From contig CP120457.1 in the NCBI GenBank assembly GCA_034226945.1, positions 620,001-684,000 of the forward strand: a stretch of DNA of 64,000 nt, written 5' to 3'. The position numbers and the translations under genes were made by a program. This document shows positions 45,239-57,398 of the stretch, piece by piece. This stretch comes from Picochlorum sp. SENEW3 (taxonomy: Eukaryota). Numbering within the stretch: the first letter of the stretch is position 1; each line of letters starts with the position of its first letter. The notes beneath the pieces were generated by a model. That model saw nothing but the letters and a program-made list of their open reading frames with translations, was not told the origin of the DNA and did no database searches.

Positions 45239-46207
45239 ATGTACCCAACAGCAGTGAGCACACGATTCGCTTCGGCTCCTGGTGGTGGTATACTTGGCTC
45301 TCACCACCAGAGGCTGAGGAAGAGTGAGCAGAAGGGAGTTGTCGCTCGGGCGAAGAATGTATGGGCTCTTGATTTTGATGGGGTTGTGTGCGATTCGTGC
45401 GGAGAGTCATCCTTGTCAGCATGGAAGGTACTGTGTATATGTGTGTGTTCACCTCTCTGGAATTGGTGTTGACCATGTGGTGTTGTTATGATGCTGCTGC
45501 AGGCAGCAGCAGAACTGTGGCCCTCGGTGTTTGAAGATCGGGCGGCAATAGATCAAAAAGATCGTTTGATAGAGGATATGAGGGCAGTGAGGCCAGTTGT
45601 TGAGACTGGGTACGAGAATATTGTTCAGATTCGATGCCTATTGGAAGGTGTTTCTCCGGAGGAAATGCTGGAGAATTGGTCCACCATGTTGCCAGAGTAC
45701 ATGGAGAAGTGGAACTTGAATCGCACGCAGTTGGTTGATCTGTTTGGAAAGACACGGGATGCGTGGATCCAGTCGGATTTGGATGGATGGTTGGCGCCCA
45801 ACAGAATCTATCCTGGTGTCCCAGAGGTGATTGATCAGCTCATGGTGGAACATGAGGTGTATATTGTGACAACAAAGCAAGCACGATTTGCCGAAATGAT
45901 TTTGGAACGGATGGCATTTATTGACTTTCCATCAGATAGAATATTCTCTCAGACAACATCTGGCAAGCCAAAGACAGAGGTGTTGGAGATGCTGCAAGAG
46001 AGGCATCCTGATACAGACTATCATTTCGTTGAGGACAAGTACTCGACGTTGAAAAAAGTGGAGGCGTGCTCATCGTTGGATCGGTGGAACTTGTATCTCG
46101 TCGATTGGGGGTATAATGTGCAGAAGGAGAGGGACGCAGCATCTGCATCCGAAAGACTCAACATGGTTGATATTGCTCAGTTTAGGGCAATAATTGACTG
46201 TTTCTGA
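45239..46207 (+). CDS. HAD-superfamily hydrolase, plastid-targeted
   Basis: Exons 45239-45427 and 45503-46207; ALDFDGVVCDS, IVTTK, FVED, LVDWGYN. Confidence 0.88.
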
Positions 46208-46506
46208 ACATACTCAATGCGTTTGTATGTCATGTAAAGAGGGAACATGGGAATGAGAGAAGTTGTGTTGTGCTATGCCATGATTGCATGGAGGGGTGAA
46301 AGAATCGCCTAAATTGAGATTTAAAAATATCGACATGACCGTGCGGGGCATGCCGCATTGCTGTTGTATCGAGAATAATGGGGCAAAGACCTCTCCGATG
46401 GCATTCTAAATTAGTTTTTACATATTAAATTTGATAATCACGTCTCAATGTCTGATTTCCTGTGTAATTGAGTCTCAAACTGAAAGATTTTCAAACGAAA
46501 GGTACA

Positions 46507-49500
46507 ATGGCAAGAAAAGGCAGCAGGAAAGGATCTTCTGCCGCGAAATCCAAGTCAAATAAAATATCTGAGTCTATTATAAAGAATGAAAGCGAGGAGA
46601 AGGACTCGGAAATCGTAAAGGATGAGGATCCAGAGGTTACCTTCGACTCGGAGCAGATGTCTGAGGAGCAGGCGTCTGCGTATGGGTTGTCTGATAGCGA
46701 ACTTGTGTCTGAAGAAGTTGAAGAGTTGATTGAAGAGGAAGTTGAGAATATTGAAGCACCGAAGAAGCGAAAATATTCGTGGAGGAATGAGAGGAGCAGT
46801 CCGTGTGGCTCTGACGACTTTGGCTCTCTTGGTGAGATGGAACCTTTAGGGGAGTTTCCTTCCGATGTGGAGCTGCATATGTCTAGTGATCAGACGTTTC
46901 GTGTTCCTACGAGGGTTATTGGTGATTTGATGGCCTCATACCTGATAATGCGGGCATTCTCATGGCAACTGAGGCTGTCTCCTTTCTCTCTAGAGTCCTT
47001 CTTGCAGGCCATGGTGTCAAATGAGCCTAATGCGATCGTCGATGAGATACACTTGTGCCTTTTGAGGGCTCTTTTTATTGATGAGGTTCGAGCTGAAAGA
47101 ATGGAGAGAGAGTTGAACCTTGAATACTTGGATTTCATGACGTGGCCATCGTTCATTTGGGAGTGGCTCAGAGTGACAGGGTATGCAATAAAAGTTGTTG
47201 GCGATGAGGAGAGCGAGGAAGACGAGAGCGAGAATGATGAACCTGCGGTCAAAGAAGAGGTCAAGACCATGGAGGTTGATGGCGAGGATGTGCATACGAA
47301 GACCATGTCTATCAAGGATATTTTAAAATATACCGGGAGGTCAAATGGGGCAAACGACAAGTCCGCGCATCCAGAGTATCATTTGCTTCCGATTGATATT
47401 AAATCGTCGATTCTTCGAATTTTGTGTGACCACGTGATAGGGAGACCCTCTGTTAGAGCAGAGATTGACAGGAGAGAATCCAATGGGGAGGTGATTGCTG
47501 GAATGGGTGGGAAAGGCGGTGCGTTTGCGATCATGACAGAACAAGAGAGAGAGAAAGCCATTTTAAAGGCGCTGAAAATGAAACAAAGCGATGTAAACAT
47601 GGAGAAATGTGTGCTCTGTGGTCTTGGTGGGGTGCTCATGTGCTGTGATTCTTGTCCAGCTGCTTACCATATGCGATGCACAGGTGAGGGTGGAAAAGGA
47701 TCGGATTCGAAACAATGGAGCTGCCCTGAGTGTATTGTAGGAGGACGGGGGGAAGCTGCTGGACTGCGAATGGCGCTTGCAGGAATGACATCTCAAGGTG
47801 ATCGGGTCTATCTCTTTAACGGGGTTGTCATCACATGTAGAAGTGCTCAGGTTGTATCTGAAGGTCCTCAAGCAATGGAAATAGCAGATCATCCACCTGT
47901 CTCTCTTTCTTTCGGAACTGAGGCAAATGAAATCGTGAAATCTCTTCGTAAGCCGAAGCGCCAAAAGCTAAATAGGACAAGCTTGGATGCACTCGACGAG
48001 TTTTCATCTTGGCCGCATGATGACTGTCCGACTGGCCTCCAGACGTATATAAACAAGTATGGAAGTGGTTGGGCCACAGCAGCGGCTGCTATGCGGTCTC
48101 ATGTAGAGGACTCGAGGAAGCGGAGGTCAAGAGGCAAATTATGGATTCCACATGGCACGTGTAGCAAAGTCATTGTTCAGGAGCTCCCTATGCCAATGTC
48201 GGTGTCGAGATACGAATGGTTTCAAATGAAATCCCGCATAAATAGAAGTACAATCAGATGTGGCAAATGCCATTCGTGCCTCAGGCCAAATCTGAAGAAG
48301 GCTTGTTTGGATCCAATCATAAAGACAAGCAGCAAAGATGAAGATACAAGGTACGACAACTGCGACTTTGGATCTACAATGGTTTATGTATGGTAATTAT
48401 AGTTGGTATTCTCTGCAGATTGGGATACATAGTGGCCCTGTTGGCGAAGATGGAAAGGGAATTTTGGCCATTAGCTGATAAGCAGTGGGCCTCGTCAGAT
48501 GGGGGACATCAGTTCAGAAACAAATGGATTTCTGAACTTAGAGGATGTTCCTCAATTCAAACATTCAAACGACTGCTACTTCAGTTTGAAGGGGCTCTAA
48601 GACCACTTTGTTTCACCCAAGATTGGTACAAATGGTTTCCAAATAATCTCCTAACTGCTGCTGCTGTTCCTTCGGTTCAAGAAGTCGCAGGGATTGAGCG
48701 TCCATCAATGGCTCACTCTGAAAGCTCTGCTCAGATTATACCAGAAATTTTGGAAGATAGAGGGAGGAAGAGGGATGTCTATGAAATTGGATCTGATGTT
48801 GATATTGGAACCTTTGTCAGGTCTCATGGGGAATGGAGCACAAGGCATTTCACCAAGGAGCATCTAGCAGCAAACAGATTAGGTCCTCCGAAATTTTTAA
48901 TCAGAAAGGCAATTTTGGATGCTGGTAGAAAGGTTATCCCTGGCCTGAAATACAGGCAAGGGCGATGGAGGATGAGTTCGAAGCGATTGAACTGGATTTC
49001 TGAGGTGGAGAACTGCAAGAACACCTCAGATTTAGCACTGGCAATCAGGAAAATGGATGCATCATTGCGATGGGACTCAGTGGCGAAGCCTAAATTGCTG
49101 ATGCACACCATGTATGCAAATGCTCAACTCTTGGGCAAACAAGTTGGCGATGATGGAATGGAATATGCCCTGGACCTTACAGGAGGCGGAGAGAACATAG
49201 AATCTGATAATGAAGCTGAGGGAGATGTGTTGGACAATTTGCCTTTGAGTGCCGTTTGGACTGCTGAATCGAAGCTACCTCTCTGGCTGGTAAAATTGTA
49301 TGAGGAATCTGTGCGCAGGACTGCAGCAAGAAAGGCAATTCAAGCTTTGCAAATTCTGCCAAGATCTACCCAAGATCAACCTGCCACTGAAAATCCAGAG
49401 ATCGAGGAACAAAGAAAGAAAGATGAGGCGATATGTGGAGATAATGAAGGTCATATTTGTGCTCTTTGTTATAACACAAATGACTCGCACAAGAAATCTG

Positions 49501-51800
49501 CCTTCATTCGGTGCTCTACCTGCTCCCGAGAATTCCATGGATACTGCGTGATCCTTACAAATGAAGAAGTGAATGATATGAAAGGAAAGGATTGGGTTTG
49601 TCCTGGGTGCTTTGGCTCTGAGAAGTTGATAGCCAGGCTGATCAAGGAACCAAAAGCCGGTCAAAATCTTCCAGGGGTGGACCCAAAAGACGAGAAACCG
49701 AGAGAAAATAAAAAGCATCCAGGAAGACCGCCAAAACCTTTCTTTGAAAGAGCAGATTACAAAACAGCAGAGAGAAAAGAAATACTCAGAAGACTTGGAG
49801 AGGCCCAGCATCCTGAGTTGTTCAACGTTGTTGATGATGCAGAGGAGGAGGAGCAGGAGGATGACAAGAACAAAGAACCTTCTCTCATGCCATACGACGG
49901 TGCTGAGGATGAGTTTACGGCAAGAACATCGAGTTGCCCCGTTTGCAAGTATCCAGACCTTGGCCGTCCTCTCATCACTTGCACAAGTTGCTTGAGGCAA
50001 TTCCATAAGGAGTGCCTGGGCATCATATCAAACGTACGACAAACAACCTTATCAACATGAATAAGAACTTGGATGATTTCACCCGGTTAAAAAATGTGTG
50101 TTTTGCAGGACCAAAAATTATGGGATCCAAGGACAATCAAATGTGCAGAGTGTGCTGGGAAGAGAGTGAGAGCTCCGACAGAGAACACAATTCTCTCGGC
50201 CATTGAAGAAGCACAGCAGCCTGAAAAGCCATACTCATCGATTCAAGATAGAGTAAAGCAGCGATCGCAGCGAGCAAGAAAAGAAAAGGAAGAGCAAAAG
50301 GCTAAAGATGCAAACAAGGCAAATTGGATGGAGGCAGCAGATAGAGTGCTGACAAGGATTTACAGGATGCAAGTTGCAGAGCCTTTCAGATTTCCAATTG
50401 ATGTGGATGTCTTGAGAGATTACACCAATTACATTGAAACTCCAATGGATTTAGAAACTATTCGAGAAGAATTGTATTCATACGATAGTCCATTGGATGT
50501 TGTCCAGCGAATCAACCTCATCGTCAGTAATTGCATCGAGTACAATGGCGAAGATTCCAAGCTCTCTGGGCAGGCGAAACACATGATGAGTAGTTTCTCG
50601 AGGCTCTGGAGGAAAGAAAAGCTCCCATTGTCTGAGGAAGATGGCATCAGTGAGGAGCTTTTGGCAAAGGTTGGCCGAGCAGATGAGCCGGAGCAAGGTG
50701 ATGCCCCATATGAACGCATCAATCATTTGATGTTTGGAGAGCCAGCAACTGATTGGCAGCGCAAGGCGGGCAAAGTATTGTCGCAGCTTTCGAGATTGGA
50801 GTGCATGGAACCTTTCTTACGCCCAGTGCCCAAAGGGTTCATGAACTACTACGACGTGATCAAACGACCCATGGATCTCGGGACGATCAAGAGCAAAATG
50901 GCAGATGGAAGATACCTTGACCCCTCTCAGCTTCTTCTGGATATGGATCTCATCTGGACAAACTGTGCTAAATTTAACCAACCAGATGCACCCATCATCG
51001 AAGACTGTAAGAATGCAAAAGAAGCATTCGAAAATTTGTGGTTGAACGGCAAAGTAATGATCGGTAGCACTCCTGCTGGTGTCATCAGAAATGATGAAAA
51101 GGTCACACGGACTGATGATTGGATGGAACAAGCGCGTGGTGTGCTCTATCGTCTCATTAACTTTGTACCCCAAGCATCATGGTTTTATGACCCAGTAGAC
51201 GAATCAGAAGCACCAGGATATAAAGAAATTGTCAAAACACCGATGGACTTGCAAATCATTTCTTCAAAGTTGCAGAAAGGCCAATATCCAGCTCCAGGAA
51301 ACTTGTTGGCAGATATTGACCTCATCACCAAGAATGCAGAAGCATACAATGGACCTGATGATGAGATCACGGAGGGAGCTAGAATCTTAGATGCAGCATT
51401 CAAAAAATACTGGAAAAATGCTGGTCTAAGTTCAACTTCCATTGCGTTCGACGGCAACTCTGATTGGATGCCCAATGCTGTTGCTGTCATTGACACTGTC
51501 CTCTCGCATCCCTCATCAGAACCCTTCTCGCGTCCAGTAAATGAAAGAACTGCCCCAGGATATTCAAAACTCATAAAGAAACCAATGGACTTTTCGACAA
51601 TCAAATTCAACCTCGAGAAGGGTTCATACTTCTCCCCAGGCCAGTTGATTGACGATGTTGCTCAGATATTCCAAAATTGCAGAACATATAATCCACCTGG
51701 TGACGAAATCAGAGCTATGGGGTCTGAAATAGAATCCCTCTTTCGGAGAACATGGGATTCCATGGGCCTACCAGTGCCAAGGAAATGGAAAAAACGATGA
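46507..51800 (+). CDS. DDT-PHD-bromodomain chromatin protein (BPTF/NURF301-like)
   Basis: Exons 46507-48350, 48419-50033, 50109-51800; DDT (LRLSPFSLESF, LDFMTWP), three PHD fingers, four PMD..N..Y/FN bromodomains. Confidence 0.88.
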
Positions 51801-51819
51801 TACACTTGATGTTTTTATT

Positions 51820-52842
51820 TTACATATTGCGGACTTTGGCAACAAGAATTGTAATATCATCCAGCTTGCCACCCGTCACCTGTCCAAACTCAAAACCATT
51901 ACTCGTCATTTTTGCATTCGACAACTTGTCCCAAAAACTCAGTTCTATACCTGCCTTTCTAGCCTCCAGGGCATATGGAGACTCATACTCGGCATCCTGT
52001 GCCTTCTCAGCAGCCAATTCACCCAATCTCGTCGCAACACCCTGTACACCATCCCCTCCTGCATTCACAATATCCAAAACACTATCTACGCCTACATTGT
52101 CCCAAAGCCCATCCGTCGCCAGAACAATCACATCTCCAGACTGCAACTGCTCCCTGAACTGCATAGCATCAGCCGGGTAATCCGTCTCTGGAACATACTC
52201 CGGCGCCGCCCCCAATTGATACGGACAATCAAAAAAGTGCTCTTGAACAGGCGTCTTGAAATGCACACGCCCATCCCTGACAATCACAAACCCACTATCC
52301 CCCAGATTGCTTGCCTCCAACTCCCCACGCTCCTCATCAATCCTGATAATACATGCCGTCGCAGACCCTGGTTTCCTCGTCCGCGTATGAGCAGCAGTCA
52401 ACGCTCCAAGACTTGATACGACAACCTCGGTAACCTCCCCACTATCATCAATCAACCCATCAGCAACAATACTATCCCTCTGAGCCTCAAAATACAACTT
52501 TGCCTCCTCCATCAATGTCTGAGAATACTCTGCTGGATTAATCCCACTCTCCTGCCATCCTCCCACACCATCACTCACACCAAAACAATGAGCACTCACA
52601 AAATACGCATCCTCGCCTCCATAGGATATCTTATCTGGGTGAGGAATAACACATTCCCCAAATTCCAACGCATACGCCTCTGATACGATAGTATTTGCTC
52701 TGCTATTTCTATTATATCTATTCATATATTGAACTACATGCCTGCTTCCACGATAACTTTGAAATGCAACATCTTGCAGACATGGAGACATGTGTTTGAC
52801 ATGTCCCTGAGAAGAAGAAGACGCAGGAGAAGTTCTATACAT
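51820..52842 (-). CDS. PBCP: PTC7-type PP2C phosphatase, probable photosystem II core phosphatase
   Basis: GGEDAYF, DGVGGW, NLGDSG, TDGLWDN, SPYALEAR..GGKLDDIT; transit-like N-terminus. Confidence 0.8.
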   Translation of the reverse strand: MYRTSPASSSSQGHVKHMSPCLQDVAFQSYRGSRHVVQYMNRYNRNSRANTIVSEAYALEFGECVIPHPDKISYGGEDAYFVSAHCFGVSDGVGGWQESGINPAEYSQTLMEEAKLYFEAQRDSIVADGLIDDSGEVTEVVVSSLGALTAAHTRTRKPGSATACIIRIDEERGELEASNLGDSGFVIVRDGRVHFKTPVQEHFFDCPYQLGAAPEYVPETDYPADAMQFREQLQSGDVIVLATDGLWDNVGVDSVLDIVNAGGDGVQGVATRLGELAAEKAQDAEYESPYALEARKAGIELSFWDKLSNAKMTSNGFEFGQVTGGKLDDITILVAKVRNM

Positions 52843-52900
52843 CTTGACAATACGTGTACAGTATTCTTAATAGAAATTATAAAATACAGCCAAACACGTG

Positions 52901-53731
52901 TTACGACATGACCCTCCACATCAACCAAGAGCCAACGCTTCTATATGGCCTCCATCCAGCACTAATATCCTCCATTGTTTCCTTGGAAGGAAGCTGTCGC
53001 AACCCATACAGCTTCTGCATTCCCTTGCGTACACCCAAATCACTCACAGGTAAACAATCCGCATGACCCAAGTGAAACATGGAAAACATATCAACAGACC
53101 ATGGACCCAAGCCCTTGACCTGGAGCAGCGCCTGCCTCATGGCTGTGGCATCCATCTCACCAATCGTAGCTGCATCAATCGCTCCGCTCTCGAAATGCTC
53201 CGACAAACTCTTTAGATATTGAACTTTTGAGCGAGATAACCCCACGTTTCTGAGCGTTTCATCATCCGTCTGTGTAATCATGGTGGCATTCAATCGACCG
53301 TGAGCGTCCCCGCACTGCGCCACCAGTCTATTAAAAATTGTTGAAGCTGCTCGGATGTGAAGTTGTTGGTAACATATACTCTTCCCTAGAGAATGAAATG
53401 GACATGAAGATGTTTTGGGAAGCAATGCTTGAGGAATATCTCGACCGTGCTGTTCAAGTAATGGTTCGAGCTTGGGGTCGCTCTTGATCAAATGCTCCAC
53501 AGCCTTGGCAATGCATGCCTCTGTCGTCAAACGGGTCTCGCCTTGTTGTTCTTCTTCTTGAACCCGGTTTTCAATAGACCCTTGCCTTTTTCCTCTCTTT
53601 GGTACCGTTGTAGAATATCGTGGATTTTTTCTTTTTCCCATCCCTGTCTCATTCGCGTGTCTCACAGTCTGCTGCGTTGCCTTCTTTGCTCTCTGTGCGA
53701 GGGCACCACGTCGTGGTGAGGTACCCATCAT
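52901..53731 (-). CDS. DNA-3-methyladenine glycosylase (AlkA/MAG1 family, HhH-GPD)
   Basis: SICYQQL, GLSRSK, VKGLGPWSVDMF, DLGVRKG, WRPYRS. Confidence 0.92.
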   Translation of the reverse strand: MMGTSPRRGALAQRAKKATQQTVRHANETGMGKRKNPRYSTTVPKRGKRQGSIENRVQEEEQQGETRLTTEACIAKAVEHLIKSDPKLEPLLEQHGRDIPQALLPKTSSCPFHSLGKSICYQQLHIRAASTIFNRLVAQCGDAHGRLNATMITQTDDETLRNVGLSRSKVQYLKSLSEHFESGAIDAATIGEMDATAMRQALLQVKGLGPWSVDMFSMFHLGHADCLPVSDLGVRKGMQKLYGLRQLPSKETMEDISAGWRPYRSVGSWLMWRVMS

Positions 53732-53824
53732 GTATTCAGTGAAAATTACATATGTACATACTCTATACGCAGTAAATTAATAATAAATAGACATAACAAT
53801 AATATTCAACCATATGAACTCGGA

Positions 53825-54711
53825 TTATACAGCAGCCTCTGCTGCTGCTGCTGTGCTGCCCGTCGTGGTCACCTCATCCCCACTGGTCTCACCCAACACC
53901 TTGTCCTCCGATGACAATGCCGACTCACCACTTGCATCCGAGCCACCAACGATTGCATCACTACTCTTCACTTTCTTCTTCTTGTCTCTATATATAAACA
54001 GCAGGAAACAGAGTAATCCACCCGTACACGCGCCAATCGCATTGGGGACGTAAATAAATGGATCTGACACTGCAAGACCATACCCTAACCACAAGCACCC
54101 ATTGATACATTGCATCACACAGAGGGGTAAATTAAGCGTCGCTGAATTCTTTGTTTTCACAACAGTGACAATCGTGCTCAGCGGTGCTCCATAATACATG
54201 AGCAGAATGCCATTTGCAGTGAATCCCCACATGAGCTGGGCATCGTCATTTGGCATTTCAGTCAAAACGCCAATCGCGCCAATCAATGGGAGAACAAAGA
54301 AGAAGAACAATGTTATCGCTAATATCCTATCTTTTGTTTTCTGTCGAGCAAGCCCGTAGCAGCTCACAGTAAAGAATATACCAAACAAGAGCCCCAGTTG
54401 GTTCACCCAAAACAGCAGAGCACTTCCAGATTTGTTTGTGGGGACAATGACGTACGAATACGCAATCCATGCGGCTGCATTTGCGCTCTGAGCTGGATAT
54501 GGTACTGGGTTTAAACTCTGCATAGATGATACGACGGTTTGAATCATGCGCTGAGAAGACTCAGCGGGGTGGTCAGGTCACGTACTCCAATGTCTCGTTC
54601 TTTTCGGGCTCGGAGGACTGCTTTCATGGGTGACATGAACATTATAGTTCCTATAATACCTCCTAATAATGGGAAAACCCATTTCAGGAAGATGTCTTCG
54701 ACCGTGCTCAT
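53825..54711 (-). CDS. SWEET: SWEET sugar transporter
   Basis: Exons 54711-54586 and 54517-53825; FMSP, LNPVPY, YGAPLSTI, DPFIYVPNAIG. Confidence 0.9.
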
Positions 54712-54860
54712 GGTCGCGTTGAAGCACCCAAATTCAACGCTTGAAAAAATTCCCCACCAGCTGTGATGTGTTTCTTGCTATGACTACTCTATCTATCTTA
54801 TATGCTGATGACATAATTTTATTATTTAAAATCCAGTAGTAATACTACTGGATTCATGAA

Positions 54861-56666
54861 TTATTCAGCATGCATAGCCTTGGACTCACGAGATCTAGAT
54901 CTCTCTTGTTGTCGCTGATAAAATCTCTCCCTGGCATGATGGAACAACTCTTTGCATGGCACACGTGCATTGAGTTTAATGCATGCCAGAAATGCGCCAG
55001 AAAGCTTTCGATGCAGTGAATAACTCTCATCTGGAGGAGGTGTCAAGCGATGCTTGAGCATGATGGATCCCAGTTCTGTGACCCTCTTGGTCATGCTTGT
55101 GGTGCTTCCGAATTCATGGAGGCCCTCGGTTCTGAATGGTGCGCCCACTGTAATAGCAGCTTCTACGTGGGCATCAAGCATCACACGGGATTCATCTCCA
55201 GTCAAAAACCCAAGCTTTGTAGATCGAGCAATGATTTCATCTGCATCTTTGATGGCGCATGCATGAACCATTTCTAAATAGTTTTCAACAAAGTCTGGAG
55301 AGTATTCTTTCGCCGCTCCGAAATCGATGAGATTTAAGATATCTTTTTCTGCATCGTAGAGGAAATTTCCCCAGTTGGGGTCGGTCTGCATGTAACACCA
55401 TTCGTATAATTCCTTGAGGGTGAGGGCTAACAGTCGGGTTCCCACAACATCTCGAATCTCCTGTGGATACGCAGCCACGCTGTCGATATGCACACCATGG
55501 ACTCTTTCTGTGGTTAAAATTCGTTGCGATGATAGTTCCGGGACAACATCTGGGACATAAAACACATCACGGCATTCTGGATCCTCTCGCACCAATGTAG
55601 CAAAGCGTTGCTGTGCCTCCATCTCATACCTATAATCACATTCCAATGCGAGCTCCTTCTTCGCCACAGCAACTGCGTTTTCGACATACATGCCTTTCGG
55701 AAGTACATTGGCAACACGGATCAAACGCATTAGATTATCCACGTCTGATTCTATGGATGCCGCAACTCCAGGGTATTGAATCTTCATCACCACCTGCTTT
55801 CCATCCAACGTCACAGCAGGATGCACCTGACCGATACTCGCAGCCGCCATTGGTTTTTCATCAAAATCTGAAAGCAACGATCTCCATTCGGGGCCCAATT
55901 CCGATTTCAACACGGATTCGAGCTGTTTCTTTGGCATGACATCAGCCCCAGCTCGTACCTTGTCCAACGCTGCCTGAAACCTAGGAGGCAATACATTCTC
56001 GTCTTGAATACTCAACATTTGGCCCAATTTCAACGCTGCTCCTCTCATATGACACAAGGCATTCGCCAATCGCTCCGCATTCTTCTCAGACAGCATCAAG
56101 GATTCTTCAGTCACCAAAGAAGAAGAGCCATTGTTATCATCACCATTGGTGTGAGTCTCCTTTGTATCCTTGGTGCTTTTTGAAAATCGGCTCACCACAG
56201 AATCACGAGCCGTTCCAAACAATATCTGCGCCCCAAGAGACGCAAATCCAAATGCTCTACTGAACGAATTGCTCGGAACAGATCTTTCCTTTGGCTGAAA
56301 CAACCTCTCCTTTGTATCCCTCTTCACCTCCTCCAAAGCATACGCGCGCGTATGCCTCCAATCCCCCATATCCTTGTCTTCCTCAGAAATTACCTGAACA
56401 GCTTCCGTGGTAGTAGTATGAGTCGTCACCTGTGCAACAGGAGTAGTTGTAGTATCAGCAGGAACACCTTGACTCGACTCTGTCGTCGACCCTCCACCAC
56501 CCATTCTTTCATTGGGTGTTCCATCAGTACCCTTTTTAGTGTAATAATAATGTGGTACAATGGCGCGTGGCAACAACGCCAATCGCTCCTGAATCACACA
56601 TTCTACTCCTTGTGCGAGGCGAAGAACATCGTTCAGCAACGTTTGATACCCTGCCGCCTTACTCAT
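54861..56666 (-). CDS. COQ8: COQ8/ABC1 atypical kinase
   Basis: [38 protein letters not shown]. Confidence 0.93.
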   Translation of the reverse strand: MSKAAGYQTLLNDVLRLAQGVECVIQERLALLPRAIVPHYYYTKKGTDGTPNERMGGGGSTTESSQGVPADTTTTPVAQVTTHTTTTEAVQVISEEDKDMGDWRHTRAYALEEVKRDTKERLFQPKERSVPSNSFSRAFGFASLGAQILFGTARDSVVSRFSKSTKDTKETHTNGDDNNGSSSLVTEESLMLSEKNAERLANALCHMRGAALKLGQMLSIQDENVLPPRFQAALDKVRAGADVMPKKQLESVLKSELGPEWRSLLSDFDEKPMAAASIGQVHPAVTLDGKQVVMKIQYPGVAASIESDVDNLMRLIRVANVLPKGMYVENAVAVAKKELALECDYRYEMEAQQRFATLVREDPECRDVFYVPDVVPELSSQRILTTERVHGVHIDSVAAYPQEIRDVVGTRLLALTLKELYEWCYMQTDPNWGNFLYDAEKDILNLIDFGAAKEYSPDFVENYLEMVHACAIKDADEIIARSTKLGFLTGDESRVMLDAHVEAAITVGAPFRTEGLHEFGSTTSMTKRVTELGSIMLKHRLTPPPDESYSLHRKLSGAFLACIKLNARVPCKELFHHARERFYQRQQERSRSRESKAMHAE

Positions 56667-57398
56667 TCTTCTTGCTTCTATAAATCAATTATTATTGTAT
56701 GCATTTCTGAATGCCGACGCATGAAGACTATGGCGTACCTGGAATCATCCTGACATTCTGTGTGGTTCGAATCCACTGCATTGCCATGCCAAATACTACA
56801 GTAGTAGTGGATATGCTGAGACTATTCTCTGGCACAAAAACACGCATCCGATACGTTGCTTTATGCGTATAGAGTATCTTCCATTGTCGAATCTCATCAG
56901 GGAATAGTCTCTGCAGCAATACTGGCACCACCATGCATGCTCCGCCATGCAGAAGGCGCCTTGTCACGTGGGTACCCATGAGTCGGTCCGTCCCAGATGG
57001 TGTACATCTCTGCCAGATGGCAAATGCAGCCCCGACTGCATTTTCCTTTGCGAGTGTGGCTGGATGGGGTTACAATCTTGTAGTCCTACTAGCCTTGTTT
57101 TTTGTTTATTAATACAAGGCTTTTTTGTTTGTTAACCAAACATACACACATTGGGTAGTATTATTGCCCACGTCTCAGTGCGTGTGTCCACGTATGCCAG
57201 TCGCTCGGGCTTGGTCGAGGGATTTGGTATTATAACGTACCCTTGATGCTTTTCTATCCGATTTGTTGGTAGAATTCTCACATTGAATTAGATATACTGC
57301 TGAAAAGTACTGCAAGCGAGACAACACAGATACAAACAACAAGGAACAACACGGCCGGCCGTATCGATATTGACACGAATACATAGCAACAAACAAGT

